Of a stretch of DNA of 64,000 nucleotides, positions 47,458-60,460 are shown piece after piece. The notes under the pieces were generated by a model, which saw only the letters and a program-made list of their open reading frames with translations, was not told the origin of the DNA and made no database searches. Both the position numbers and the translations under genes were made by a program. The stretch's first letter is position 1. Every line of letters starts with the position of its first letter. This DNA comes from Trichodelitschia bisporula (taxonomy: Eukaryota). Location: NCBI GenBank assembly GCA_010356995.1, contig ML996701.1, forward strand, positions 612,963 to 676,962. The letters are read 5' to 3'.

Positions 47458-49092
47458 GATGACGACTCAGACGTCAACGAGAATGATGGTGTGTACGGCA
47501 GGATAGAGTAAAGAGAAATGATGGAAGAGGATGGCGAGTGAAGGCGGAGAATGATGTGGAGGGGCGACGGTAGAGTGAAGATGGGTGGGTTGGTGTTGAG
47601 GGAAGGAGAGGAAGTGCAGCAGCCTTTGCTTCGGAAAGCTCTTGGTTTCCTTCCAGCCATCGCTTAGCAGTGCAAATCTGGCTAGCGCCGCGTGATATCC
47701 TTGGCATGATGGCACAGGCGGCGATCAGGCACCGAAGACTCGCAAGCGATCGACTGAAGCTGTACGCGACATTGAAGTCTAGGAACTGAATCGGTCTTTA
47801 ACATTCCGAGATGTCTGGACGCATACTCCCGTATGTCGGCTCGAGGTCGGGCTCGGATGGTCATCGTTCGAACATTGCCTCATCCAATAGATGCCAACCA
47901 AGGTTGAGCCGCACTCGGCAACCACTTTGAACATGTGAATCGGCTACGGAAGGCAGTACCGCCGCCCATCAACCGATCCCTCGCATGGAATAATTTCCAG
48001 CAGTGACGCGTCACACGCCTCAATCGCCACTCCTAACTCAATAAGTCCCCGATCCCATCGCGAACCTCAACCCTCGCCCCCAACGGCCCCCAACTCCCTC
48101 AATTCATCCCCGCTAAACGCCGGCCAAGAGCCGCCTCATACCACCCCGTAGAACAACCACAGGGCGTATCGCGTACACATGTACACAAACGAAAAAGCTG
48201 ATCCAATCGACATTCAACGCCCTACAACCTGCATAACATCCCACGCCGCACAGAACCCACCGGTCAGGCAACCACTTCTTCACCGACGTACCCGCCTGGC
48301 AGACCGGCCTCCAAGGCTGAGTACACATGACTCACCCATCGGCATCCCCAAAATTTGGAATCCGGGGAAGGCAACGGCGGACTTTAAACTCGACGGCCTA
48401 AATCAGGGAGCTCCGTATTGGGACATGTATCAAGTTCACTCAGATCCAGTCATCAAGTCATCCAAGGAAGACGTATTCGTCGTTCCACAACCATGATATT
48501 GTGGGGGTATCAACCTGCCCATGCATGCTACCTACTCGCGATTAAGCAAGATCAAAGACAAAACCAACCGACTACAAGCCCGTAGTCATGAACCCGCTGT
48601 ACCGTCAAGCGCCAGCTGAACGCAGTCCAAAAGGAAAAACTCCCAAACCCGTAAGCGGGGTACTCGTTCCGACGGTAGTCGTCGTAGCCGTAGCCATGCC
48701 ATCCTGAATGAACTCCTGGAAGTCGCAAAATACACTCCCAAACCAATGTCGATGTGGTAAAAACCAAACCGAGCGAAACGCCAACGCGCATGCAATGATC
48801 AACCTCCACCCGTAAACAAGAGTCGTGAAGCCCATATTCGTAAGGCATAACCATGCCAGTCCATCCTTATCCCACCAGGTCAACCGACCAAATGCAATAC
48901 GTGAGAAGAGTGAAAAAGCCAAAAAAAAAGAGAGAAAAGAGAGTCGTGATGCATCCCATGTCCAACAAGCGCCTCACAGACCATCTGTGCACCCCTGCGC
49001 AACCCCGTCTGCATCGCACCCTCGCCCGCATGCAGCGCCAAAACTTGACAACCAGACTTCAACGACAACGACGCGACACCAACAGACACCGC

Positions 49093-50184
49093 CTACACAA
49101 ACCGCTCAAACCACCTCGGCTCAAACCACCCCTGCCTCTCAAACGCCGTCCAAAGCTTCGACGCCTTATTCACATCAATCTTACACGCCTGCTGTGCATC
49201 CGTCTTCCTAAAATCCTTCCCAATCCGCAACGCATCAACCCTCGACATAAAAATCCTCCTCTTGCTGCACAAATACGTAGCACAGCTCAGTCTCAACGTC
49301 GCAGCCAGATTAACCTCCGCATCCACCAGCAAACCCCGGTCGGGATCGGAACTCAAATCCAGCGCCTGGCCCTTCCAATCCGCCTTCAGTGCCCGAGGGT
49401 GTAGCACCCCGACAGGCGGCGCGTAATCTTTCAGGCTATTGTAGTCCACGTCGTCGCGGTTCGTCGGCTGCCTAGGTGTCCTGCCCTGCGGGCCCGGCGA
49501 GGAGCTGCCCTCGCCCTTGTCGGCGGGCTTCGAGCGGGGAACGCGCGGGCGCGGCGCGGGCGGAGGGCGCCTACGGATGCCGGTTGGTGCTGCGGCGGCG
49601 GGCGCGGGCGCCAGGCGGCGGAGGGAGGAGGACGAGGCGGGGGCGCGGGTGGTGGTGGGGCGGGTGGTACGGGTGCGATTTGAGGCCATGTGTTGCAGGT
49701 AGACTTGTTCTGCGGCCTCGCAGTGGTCGGACCAGGCTTGTGGGTTGCGCTGGTAGAGGTCGAAGACGCGGGGGTTGAAGAGCGCGGTCGAGGCGTTGAG
49801 AAATAGGCTGTATTCTTCTCGCGTGGGAGGCTGGACGTTTGGGGGGAGGGGCTGCGAGGCGATGTGTTGCTCGACTAGGCTGTTGATTTCTTGGGGTGTG
49901 GGAATGGGGGAGGAGGCTTGTGCTGTGGGGATTGGGGAGGGGGGGAAGAGGGGAACGGCGGCTGGGTTCTCGTTGATGTCGTAGAGAGGTGGATCTCGGT
50001 CGGTGCATGGTTCTGCTTGCGATTGCGAGTCCTTCGTGGAGACGGCCGGAGTGATGGGCGGCGAAATTGGCTCGCGAGAGGCGATCTCTTTGCCCTTAGG
50101 AGTCGACATGGCTTGTTTGGATTGATTGTTCGGATGCGATTGAGGTTCTGGCGACAGAAGGGAATTGATGGGGATGGACGCCAT
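49093..50184 (-). CDS. SWIRM-domain protein (Fun19/YOR338W/Laf1-like)
   Basis: DY.P…LKADWKGQALDLS.DPDR.LL..AEV.LA..LRLSC..YL.SKRRIF…FRKTDAQQACKIDVNKASKLWTAFER.GWF. Confidence 0.95.
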   Translation of the reverse strand: MASIPINSLLSPEPQSHPNNQSKQAMSTPKGKEIASREPISPPITPAVSTKDSQSQAEPCTDRDPPLYDINENPAAVPLFPPSPIPTAQASSPIPTPQEINSLVEQHIASQPLPPNVQPPTREEYSLFLNASTALFNPRVFDLYQRNPQAWSDHCEAAEQVYLQHMASNRTRTTRPTTTRAPASSSSLRRLAPAPAAAAPTGIRRRPPPAPRPRVPRSKPADKGEGSSSPGPQGRTPRQPTNRDDVDYNSLKDYAPPVGVLHPRALKADWKGQALDLSSDPDRGLLVDAEVNLAATLRLSCATYLCSKRRIFMSRVDALRIGKDFRKTDAQQACKIDVNKASKLWTAFERQGWFEPRWFERFV

Positions 50185-53100
50185 TGAGCAATTGCAGTAA
50201 GTCGAATTGGTTGTGAAGTTTGAGAGAGAAGAAGTGGAAACGTCGATGGTTATATCCTCGACGTTGTGGCGGAAGGCGGTGGAAGTGTGGTGAACAAGGC
50301 CGGGTGCTGACCGATCACCAACGACTCAATTGCAACGGCCGGAGATAATCGCTTCTCCGACTGGACAATTGGGCGGGGAGTTGGATGAGGTGTTCGTGTC
50401 CGGTGGCGAAGTTTGGGAGTGTAGCAACGGACAAATGAGTAAGAGAGAGGAGAGGCTGGGGTGGTGTTCCTCTCTTCTTTCTTTATACTCACTGGGCAGG
50501 CAGACAGCGAGTGGTGGTTGCAGGCAGCTGGCTAGGGTGCGCCCCCAGGATCCGGATGCGGCAAACGGAGGTGCGGCTCAGGCAGACCAAAGTCGCAATT
50601 GACCAGTGACTGGATTTGGATCGTGCAGGGCGGTGTCGCACTTTGGAGTTGGGCTGCGGGGGGGTGTGAGTTGAGGACGGTGGCGCAGGCAGCAGGAATT
50701 GTGACGAAATGGGGTGGTGGATGAGTAGTGAAGGCTGTGGTAGAGGTTGTAGTCGTGTGTGCGTGGTCGGAGGGTATATGTAGACGGGGGCGGTGGGGGC
50801 GACGGGACCTTCTTAAAAGAACAGGCAAGAGAGAAGAGTCAGGCTGCTGCTTGTCTGCTTTGGTGGTAGAATGATGGATTGTTTGACGGAACGGATTGGT
50901 GGAATTGTTTGGGTGTGGGTGGTGTTGGAGGGAATGGACCGAATAGTGTGGTGAGTGATGCGGAAGGTGGTGTGGTATTCTGTGGCGCTAGGCGGACAAT
51001 GGGACGTAAGAGACGCCGGTGTTGTTCCTTTACGACCTCCACCGCAGATTTTTGGCTGCAGGCAGATACGTATGTTGCGAGGAAGAAGAGGATGAAGAAC
51101 GGGGCTGACGAAGGATGGATTACTGTAAGTTCCAGCACCTAAGGCAGCAGAGGAAGCCTAGAGTCATGGGACAATGGATGGGGGAGGCTGTGTCTTGGAT
51201 GATAATGCTAGGACTCAAACCAGACACGAGATGCAGTCGAAACACGCACACAGAATGTCCACAAGGCTTCTCAATCAGGTGTACGGGACTGCAGAGTTGG
51301 AGGAGAATGGAATTGAGGGCGAGACAGTCGAAAGAAAGAGGAGCAAAAGAGTCAAGAGTCAAAGCAGAGGAGAGGGTGTGGGTGGCGAGGCTGTTGTCCT
51401 GCATTTAATAATATGCCTACGACCGACCAGTTTCAAAGCCCGATTGATTTCTCTCCGGCCTCTGTTCTCTTTCGCCGGACCCAGACGCACCACCATCACC
51501 ACGGATTCGCTTTGACACTGACTTGAGCTTGATAGTTCTAGTAGTCAAGGCTCACTTGGCCTCTCACACACCTACCACACCTCTCACACCCCTCCCTTCA
51601 AACCCCCAAATCAGTGCCACCCTCACCCCTGCTTCTGGCTGTTGTCCTGCGACGTGCAACCAAGAAAAGGTGCGCGTGAGCTCCTTAGATTCGTCAGCCG
51701 GTCAGCCTCAGGACCGGGGAAGGCGTTGGAAGGTAGTCGAAACGGGTAACCTACAGTTTTACTTAGCAGCACGTATCTTCTCATCATTTCAAAGAAGAGC
51801 TGGTGCCCATTGCTCATCGCTCATTGCTCACCTCATTCCTTGCTTCGCCCATTGCCATTGCTGATTGCCCACCCTGTCTAGATTGACATTGGTACCCAAT
51901 TCAATGGTCGGCTTGCGCTTCAACCATCCATCAACAATCCAACAACGCTCCCAACGCCCCAACCTCGACGAAAGTAACCCCTACCCTCACATGCTGCCCG
52001 CATACCAAAAAAAATAAAGGGTCCATCTTCGTCACCACAATCACTAGACTATCCTTCAACGTGCATCGTCCCAATTGCCCCTCCACAACTCTCCGGCCCC
52101 TCAATTGGCCTCTCCCACCCTCTCATCACCCGCCAGCACCAACGGCCTCAGCGGAATATCCAGGATCTCTCAAAGTCCCCAACACCACACCTCCGCTCTC
52201 ACACCCCCCGTAGCGCCTACCCCTCCCCATCAAATTCCATCCCATCCTCTCGCCCAAACACACGGGGCACCCCCGCACCGCCCAGGCCACGCGCCCTTGC
52301 GCCCCGGTCCGCACCCTCTTTTCCAAATCCAGCCCCGGCCACTCACAAGCCTTCCCCTAACTGCCCCCCAGCACTGCCCTACCCAGCGCCAGCCACACAG
52401 GGCGCTGGCCTTGGGTTGTACAAAATACCATCGACATGAGGCGTGCCACTCAAGAGCGTACTTGGGATGAGAGGGCGAGCTGCCTACACCTGAATTCGCG
52501 GGTGTGATTCGCCAATGCCGATACGTGGAGGAGGTTACCTGAATAGGCTGGCCGAGGGAGGGCGGGGTGCTGGATGCGGGAGGTGATGAGGCTGAAGGCG
52601 GAATTTGGGAATTGGTATTGCATTTCTCAGCACCGCTCTCCCCTCCAGGCTCAACAACATAGCATCATAACCACACCATCCGCCGCAGCCGCATCCACGC
52701 CCAATCCGCCCCGCCGCGCTGGCTGGTCCCGCTGCCAGCAAACCCCCCTCCGACCCACCGACTCGTCAATGGCTGCGGAGAAGCAAAGGCAAAGAATTGG
52801 GCTCGCCCTGTTCCGCAGTCCCTCCCAGGGACTGTAGGGTTCGGCGACTTCATACGCCATACGTACTTTGCCCATTGCGGGCAATTTACTTGCTTGTTAC
52901 TGCGAGCGGCCACGACAGATGACGGACACGTGGGCGGCGTTTGTGGTGGGATTGAAGTGAGGGGTGAGATGCATTGGTAGAAGAATCGTAACGCTGGATA
53001 GGGAGGCGGGGTTCTTCCTGGTGGTGTCTGCGGATTGGAGGTTGGATGCCCGGATAGGTAGGTGGGGTCGACCTGGTGTGCTTTTTGGGGGATGGAGGGG

Positions 53101-54975
53101 TAGCGGGGTCGGAGGTGGTCGGTGTTGCGATGATGCGCGGCTGCAGCGGCGCGGGGGCGGGGTTGGTGGCCGAAGATCTATATCGACTTCCGCTGGAAAC
53201 TCGCACTCTCTGTCCCTTTGCTGTGAAGCACGGTTGACACTGTGCTACATCCGCAGTGGTATCACTGCCTTGCCACGGAGAGAAATGGAATTGAATTGCC
53301 CCCTACCAGCGAGCGCCCGTCTCTCTCTCCACAATGGTTTGCACTTCCACGCTGAGCTGACGCTCGCCTGCCAGCAAGCACGCAACGTCAATTGCCCTTC
53401 CCGCCCGCACCGCAAATGCCATTGCTTTTGACCCGCAAACCTCCGACATGGCCAATTGCGCCCGCAGACCCATCCGGTTCGCAGCCGTACGAAAGCAAAC
53501 ACCTGTTCCTCATCCGCCCCAGCGTCCACTCGCAGCATCAGCTCGGCACGTCAAAGCGGTCGCGGCCCGCAACTCAAGCCAATCCATCGTAGCAAAGAGC
53601 AAAGAACAAAAACAACATTAACAAACCTTGAAGCCCCACCAAAGCTCCGAACTGGACTATGGTAAACATGCCCCTCCTCGTCCCCGTCGTGATATCAGAC
53701 CCCTAACCTCAGGCCCTCGCCGCTGCACGCAATGCCGCCGCGCCGCGCTTGCACCGCTGGCCGCGCATGTGTGGGCGTGGCGTGCGCGGGGCGCATGCCA
53801 GGGCCCGGGGCGGGGGATCGGGGCGTGCTGCGGTGCCATCTATTGGGGCTTCCGGACAGGGATGCCAGACGAGGAGTCATACATGCGCGGCGTGCGCTGG
53901 GTTGGGTTGTTCGGCTTCTATTCTTTTCGCTGTGCTTGATAATAGGAAAGGAGGGCGAGGGGGCGGGGATGAAGAATTTGCTGCAGTAGTGAGATTGACG
54001 GCTGCGGGGTTTGGTTCTTTCTTCATTGATTCTTTGTTTTTGATGGGGATGATGAAGACGGGGAAGGGAGTGAAAGTGTGAGGTGGATCCACAGTACAGC
54101 GATCGTCGAGACCGCGACCGAGACCGCGCTTCAGGCAGCACCGCAGCGCGACATTGCAGAGGAGCGCAGTAGCTCAAGGCCACTTGTGCGCCCGGCAGCA
54201 GTGACTTATCGAGCACCGCTAGCACAATACCACAGTACATCCGTACATATGTCTCTGTACCTCGTACAGAGCAAAGCGATGACGTCCCATCGTCCCCCAC
54301 TGTCCGTGCCGCCGTGGCTGCCCCGCGGGCGCTTGTGGCGGCCGTGAAGCCTTCAGCCCTGTCTCGCACGGCCGCATGTGCAACATCGTGGTAAGACAGC
54401 GGGTCAGGCAGCGGCGTTCGCGGTACACCTTCCCAGCTCCCGGTCTCCAGCTGTGTATTTCCCGCCGAGTTTGACCCTGCGCTCGTTGCTTGTTTACGCC
54501 CCGCTAGAGTGCGGGGCGTGTGCGTTGCCGGATGCAGAAGTGGGGCAATGAGGGACGGGTCTAGATGGGCGGAGAAGAGGAATTGGAAGCCAATGCGCTG
54601 GTGGGTTGCTGCAATTGTCGCCGAATTGTCACCACTGCGGTTGCTTCTGCTATCAATGAAGCCGTCGCTTCATGGCAGATCATCTGGAGGGGTCATGGGC
54701 GGGTGGGGGGGGAGGGGTGAGACACGCGTGGGCGTGACAGGTTGTTTCACCCGTGAGGGACGGGCCGGGTGAGCACGGGAATTACGCGGGGGTGGGTGGC
54801 ATGTGAACGGCTTGGGGAGGAGGGGTGTGATATGAGTTTAATATGCTGGGCGTTGCGATGTTGGATGTCTGATTCCTTGTTCTTGTTGAAGGGAAGCTTC
54901 TTGTTTGATGGGGCGGAATCCTGCTTCTTGTGACTTTGGAGGCCATCGTGATGGAGTGTCAGGCTTGAGGCCGGA

Positions 54976-55133
54976 CCGATATCATTGCCCGTGATCAGCT
55001 TCGCGCTACCATATCGCCTGATTCCGGGCTAGCGCTTGGATTCCTCATCTGTCTCCGATATCATTGCCCGTGATCAGCTTCTTTCGGCCATCTCGTTTGG
55101 GCCCGGATTAGGACCTGGTTTCCTCATCTGTCC
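54976..55133. repeat. Imperfect 79-bp tandem duplication
   Basis: CCGATATCATTGCCCGTGATCAGCTTC occurs at 54976 and 55055, and both units end in TTCCTCATCTGTC. Confidence 0.8.
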
Positions 55134-57784
55134 TCGCTTCCTAGTTTGAATCCGATTACTGTGTCAGACTGGTATGCGGAAGGGAGGACACGTCAGGAGT
55201 TGATGGTATTATCGGGCGAGGAGAACCGCAAGTAAGGATTACCCAAGAAGAGGTCCATCATCCGGGAGCCAGCATGTAAAGGTGCCAGAGTCGGAAGCCT
55301 CGCCATTCTCTTTACCACATCGTTAATCTTCGCTGGCACTGTCCGCATCATCGCTTTACATATTCGCTGTGGGGCGAGTCACTGTCGTCAGCTGTTTGCC
55401 TCTTGTTCCCGGGCCGTGTTTCGCACTTATTACTCTGGTTCCCTACACAATTCCTACATTTCCGTCAAAGAGAGATGCGAAACTGATGACAGTCTATAGC
55501 CGGAATATGAGAGGTACTCGACCAATTCTGCACTCATTGATCGACTCGATAGCATCTGATCCACATTAGCACGCAGTAGATGCTACACACCCCATTCTCA
55601 ACCGATACATGCTACGCGACCTCCATCCGTCGGAAACCGATCCCATTGAAGCCTATGTTCGATGCCTAGTGTGGCTATTTTGTGAGCTGGCCCAGTGTAC
55701 GGTGTACGTAACCTGCTGCTCAGCCAACAGACCCTTTTGGATAGGGAAGCACGTCTTCGTTGGGCACAGCCGCCCCATTGCCCAACTGCGATGTACGCCC
55801 GGAATCGCAGGTACGTCCGGAGTCTCGCACGACAATCACCCATCACAGTAGGCGCGACCCATTCCAATGCCCGACCTCCCAACGCCGCAGCCACCCCGAT
55901 ATCAATATCTCATCCCAATCGCCGTTCCGCATTCGCACCACAGTGACGCAATGCCAGAAACCCGCAACACAATGCCTCTTCTCCTCCCTCCTCGACGGCA
56001 ATCCAAGATCTCAGCGCTAGACGCTCGAGCCCCACTACGGCGCCCCCAGCACAGCGGCACGCGCCGCCCAGCCCCTCGCCTTCCCCACACCCCAATCCGG
56101 ACCGCGCTTGTGACACGCACCCTTTGGGCAGGCGGCGAGCAACGAGCGAAGCGAGTTGCGATAGCGAGTTGCGATAACAAGTTACGAGTTACCATGTAGC
56201 GAGCAGCAGCAAGCAGCGCGCAGCACCGTAGAACCGCCAGCCCTAAGCGCGCGCGCCCGCAATTCCCACATCTCATCCCTCATGCCTGTCGTCCTCACGG
56301 TGGCAAAAGCGAAGCGCAGGTCCGCGCCCTCGATCGCCCTGCATGTGGCGCGCACCGTCTGTGCGCGATCCGCCCTGCGTCGGGGAGCGGCGTGAGTCGC
56401 GGGGGCAGGGGCGAGGCCGACGACAACTCTAAAGTACCCCTCGTGTCTTACTCGCGCGAAACGCGGTCGCGACGGATGGTGTTGCGACGATGCGATGGTA
56501 TCTACCGTATGTGTGTCATACCGCCCGTTGGCCTGCGCGGGCAATTGGCGTGCAATGGCTCGGAGCGTCGGCGCAATTGCGCCTGCCGGCTGCCTTGCGG
56601 TCGTCGTGCGGTCTGGCCCGGGTGGGCCGGATGGGTCGGCGGTGGATGAGGCGGTGGTGGGCGTGCTGTTACGGGTTGATTAACTGTCCGCCCGACGTGT
56701 GGGCTCGGTGATAAGGGTTCGGGGCCGGGGCGGTTTTGCGTGGGGGTTTGTTAGCTCCGGGGGGTGGGTGAGATTGAGGCCGGGTTGCGATTGATGTTGG
56801 TGCGGAGTTTGTGCGCGTGGGAGGTGTTGGCGGTCTTGGAATCTGACGATAGATGACCTGCCAATTCATGCTGTACTTCGTACGGGATGGTGTGCTGAGT
56901 TGGGTGTGCCATTATTGGTTGGGTTGGGGGCTGCTGGTCGCATTTGTTACGAGTGCTTAAAATAGAGCGTGTGTGCCTTGGTTCAGCCTGGTGTTGGTCT
57001 TCAGCCGTGCGCGCGACAGCTGAGTGGTCCGGGGTGATATGATAGTACTACGTATGCCTTTGGTGGAGACTAATGTTTGCTACAGTTTGGGGTGAGCTTC
57101 CGGAGCTTACTGATGCCATTGATCAATTACGAGGAAGGAACATGGTACTCTCACACGGCCCTGACTCCGAAGTCGGGACGACGACAACGCCCAGCCGCGC
57201 TTCACCATTCTCACAAGTAAAGCATATTCCATATCACGTAGATCCATTGCGATGGGAAACGGTTAATTCAGTACTCAATCTTTATATGCCGAACGATTGC
57301 ATGATGTCAATCCGCTGACAAGTTCTAGCCGTCCACGGAACCCATGCTAGAGAAGCTTCATCGGTGCTTAGAGGTCTCCACAAAACTTCGCAGTAGACAA
57401 TATGCCAATACTTCAGTGGCTTGGATTATCTCCTTCTCATGTCGTCGGTGCGAAGCACGAACTCTCCTACGAGGCTGCGAACCACTTTTCGGTCTCCCTA
57501 ACCATTCCTGCCTAAGGTCTTCCCTGTTATCCCATATGGAGACGCCGGACAGACCATCGCTGGCTCCCATCCGAATCACGAAGTATCACCTCACTGGAGC
57601 CAGCGTCACCCAAGGCTTGCATGTCGGTGATAACTGGCTTGTATTCACGCGGGCACCATTCGTGGCTGCCGACGTGGATAGTAGTAAAAGTCGCCCATTC
57701 ATGACCTTTTCGCCCCGAGCGTATGGTAAGGCGATTTTCCATCTCGAATCCCCTCGAAAGCTGGCATGCTCTGGTGCCCAAGCT

Positions 57785-57945
57785 TCTGAGAGGATAAGGC
57801 TCTGTCTATAAGATGATAAGACTCTGCCTCTGAGAGGATCAGGCTCTGTCTCCGAAGGGACAAGGCTCTGGTTCCGAGGGGATCAGGCTGTGGAAGGCAG
57901 TACAAGGTATGCTGCGGGACGGCATATCAGCGGGACGGCATATTT
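57785..57945. repeat. Degenerate ~21-22-bp tandem repeats and a short direct duplication
   Basis: Units resembling CTGAGAGGAT(A/C)AGGCTCTGTCT occur about five times, and GCGGGACGGCATAT occurs twice. Confidence 0.6.
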
Positions 57946-58061
57946 CCTGAAGAGGCTCGTGGTATATGGTCTACACCCCAGCCTCGTGAGTCAGAGCAGC
58001 TAGAAGAAGCAGTCCAGGAAGAGAAGCTTACATCAAACGCACTTCCTTCGAAGCTTTCGCC

Positions 58062-58643
58062 ATGACCGAAAGAATAACCCGTCTAGAAAAGGTACAGTCT
58101 ACCTGCTTACGAAACAGCTTCTCACCCTGCCCTCAAAAATGTTCCGTAGCCCCGCTGACGACCCTACAAGGAGTTCGAGAGGGTGCCAGAAGATTCCGGG
58201 CATGGAGGTTACTGTGGTGGACACGGACCTGAGTGAATGGGATATAATAATGGACGGGGCCAGAGGAGTCAGTCTATGCTGTAAGTCGTACTGTAAGGCT
58301 ACGAACCGGCGCTGACTCCTCCACAGGGCGGGCGCTTCGAGCTGTGCCTAAGGTTCCCGAGAGGTGGCCCACCAAGCCCCCGATCTTGAACATTGAGACA
58401 AACATATACCACCCCAACGTCGATAACTTTACGGGAGAGATATATGTTCGTATACTGTCGCCAGAGAGGTGGCGGCCGTCGAAAACGATCGCGAACGTTC
58501 TGTATGCGGCACGGAGGACACTCACAGACCCCGATGGCGATAATCCGCTAAATCGTGAGATTCTTGGTCAGTACTGGTATATGCTCGGGACGTTTAATGC
58601 CACGGCTAGGGAATGAGTCACGAAGTATGCGAGCGGGCAGTGA
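58062..58643 (+). pseudogene. Ubiquitin-conjugating enzyme (E2) pseudogene
   Basis: Exons 58062-58091, 58171-58280 and 58327-58643. UBC motifs W…M.GPEES.Y, GG.F.L, P.KPP, IYHPNV and PLN. Three frameshifts, catalytic Cys replaced by Tyr (GEIY), and TGA at a conserved Trp (ARE*VTKYA). Confidence 0.88.
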
Positions 58644-59066
58644 TGGGTGGCTGGCGACACTATGGGCTGGGAGACACCGCTGGCACTTTCCCCACGGTCA
58701 CACCGAGAGCCTCAGAGGGTCCTCGATCGCCCCATGGAGGTTTGGTGGGTAGGCAGGCGAGGAAAGCCTCAGTAAGCATATACGTCAGAAGCGATCCGAG
58801 ATATTTCCCCACAGCCAAGTGCGATGCTCAAGAGAGCAAGAAGCGCAAATGTGATACGTTGTTCGACACCAACGACCCCCCTGTGAAGAACCAGACGGAA
58901 AGGATAACGAGCACTCGCCCGAGAATGTGGTGGCGACATTGCATACCGTGCAACAGTGGTGATCTTCATATCGACCCGTGATGTAGGCGTATGACGAATA
59001 CACTGCAACTATCGCCGCATCATCCTTCCCACTCCCTAAATCCGCGCAAAACTCATTCAACACACC

Positions 59067-60077
59067 TCACCCCCTCCTAAAATCCGGCATCGCCTTCCTC
59101 TCCCGCTGCGCAACCTTCTTCCTCCTCCTCTCCACCGCCTTCGTCCTCTCCGACCCCTTCATCCCCTCAAACTTCTCGACAAGGACCTTCTTCCTCACCT
59201 CGCTCTTCTTGAGGAAGAAAGGCTTCTTGCCCTGCGCAACCGCCTCCCGCTCCTCCCTCTTAACCTTCTTGAGCACCTCCTTCTCCCGCGCACGCGCCTT
59301 CGCCGTCGCAACTCGGCTCTCGAGCCGAACGACGGAGCGCTGGATCTCCTCCCTCTCCTCTGCCGTCAATCGGACCTGGTTCCCACGCGCCTTCTTATCC
59401 GCTGCAAGTTTCGCCCGCAATTCCTTAAGTTCGCTCTGCTCATACTCGGCCAAGAATGCGTACCGCGGGTCGTCGACTACGGCTACGGGCGGCGGTTGTC
59501 CAGGGATCGGATCAAAGCGCGGATCGCGCGTCTTGCTCGCCGGCAGCGTGACCGCAAGTCTCTTACGAGTGACGGGACGATTACTCGGCAGCGACGTCGG
59601 TGCATGCTTAGCACGCTTCCGCGGTGCATCTTCATCCTCCCCATCATCTTCATCCAAATCCGAGTCCGAACCGGCGTCCGAATGTGCCTTCTTCGCTTTC
59701 CTCTTCGTTGCCTTGGTAGCTTGTGCGGTGCGCTGTGCTTCCTTGGCCTCCTTGGCCGCTGCGCGGGCTTCGCGGATTTCGCGTAGCCGGTCGCGCAGGC
59801 CGTCGAGTTTGCGTTCTGAGTCCGCAGTGCGGGGGGCGGGACGGGTGCGTTTCTTGGGTGAGAGGGTGTCTTGGGCGGCGGCGAGGGCGCCGAAGGAGAC
59901 GTGGGCTAGGCGACGGCGGACTGTGGTGTCGTTGTTGGAGGGGGTGGAGGAGGAGGATGCTGCGTCGGAGTCGGAGTCGGAGTCAGAGACGGAGACGGAG
60001 GCGGAGGAGGGGGCTTCGGAGGCGGCGGAGTGGAACACTTCTTCCGGGTCGGAGGCGGAATCGGGATCGGGTGCCAT
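59067..60077 (-). CDS. rrp36: rRNA biogenesis protein Rrp36
   Basis: VSFGALAAAQ, KHAP…S.RPV.R.R, RDPRFD, Y.FL.EY…EL, GKKPFFLKKSE…L.EKF and ERRRKK…ERK.MP. Confidence 0.95.
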   Translation of the reverse strand: MAPDPDSASDPEEVFHSAASEAPSSASVSVSDSDSDSDAASSSSTPSNNDTTVRRRLAHVSFGALAAAQDTLSPKKRTRPAPRTADSERKLDGLRDRLREIREARAAAKEAKEAQRTAQATKATKRKAKKAHSDAGSDSDLDEDDGEDEDAPRKRAKHAPTSLPSNRPVTRKRLAVTLPASKTRDPRFDPIPGQPPPVAVVDDPRYAFLAEYEQSELKELRAKLAADKKARGNQVRLTAEEREEIQRSVVRLESRVATAKARAREKEVLKKVKREEREAVAQGKKPFFLKKSEVRKKVLVEKFEGMKGSERTKAVERRRKKVAQRERKAMPDFRRG

Positions 60078-60460
60078 TGTGGTGGGGTAGGTTGTTGAGG
60101 GGGGGTTGAGTTGAGGTTTTGATGGTGGTGGTTTGGTGGACGTTGGGTGTTGGAAAAGTTTAAGGCTGGGATGCAGGTTGCACGTGACGCGTGCGGAACG
60201 ACGACATGTCGTCCAGTTCTCGTCGCCTCCACCTCTCTTCTGTACTCAACATGCAGCGTATGAGTTGATATGGACTTTAGAAGACTGGCACATCGATAAC
60301 TCTACCAACCTTGACTTTGACACAATCACCGGGCACTTGGTGGAAGTTTGGAAGGTGAATGCAGCACACGAACGCCGAATGATAACGACAGACACAATCA
60401 AGACGACAACGCTGAACCACGTCCGAAGACCTTATCGACCGCTTATTCTCCGCATCCTCT

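Noticed and set aside
54976..57945. CRISPR-like reading of the short repeats
   Set aside because: This is a eukaryotic locus with too few units, no repeat-spacer regularity and no cas genes.
59209..60090. Long antisense ORFs (also 31940-32812, 32816-33586, 46019-46933, 18151-18834)
   Set aside because: These are shadows of well-supported opposite-strand genes in GC-rich DNA.
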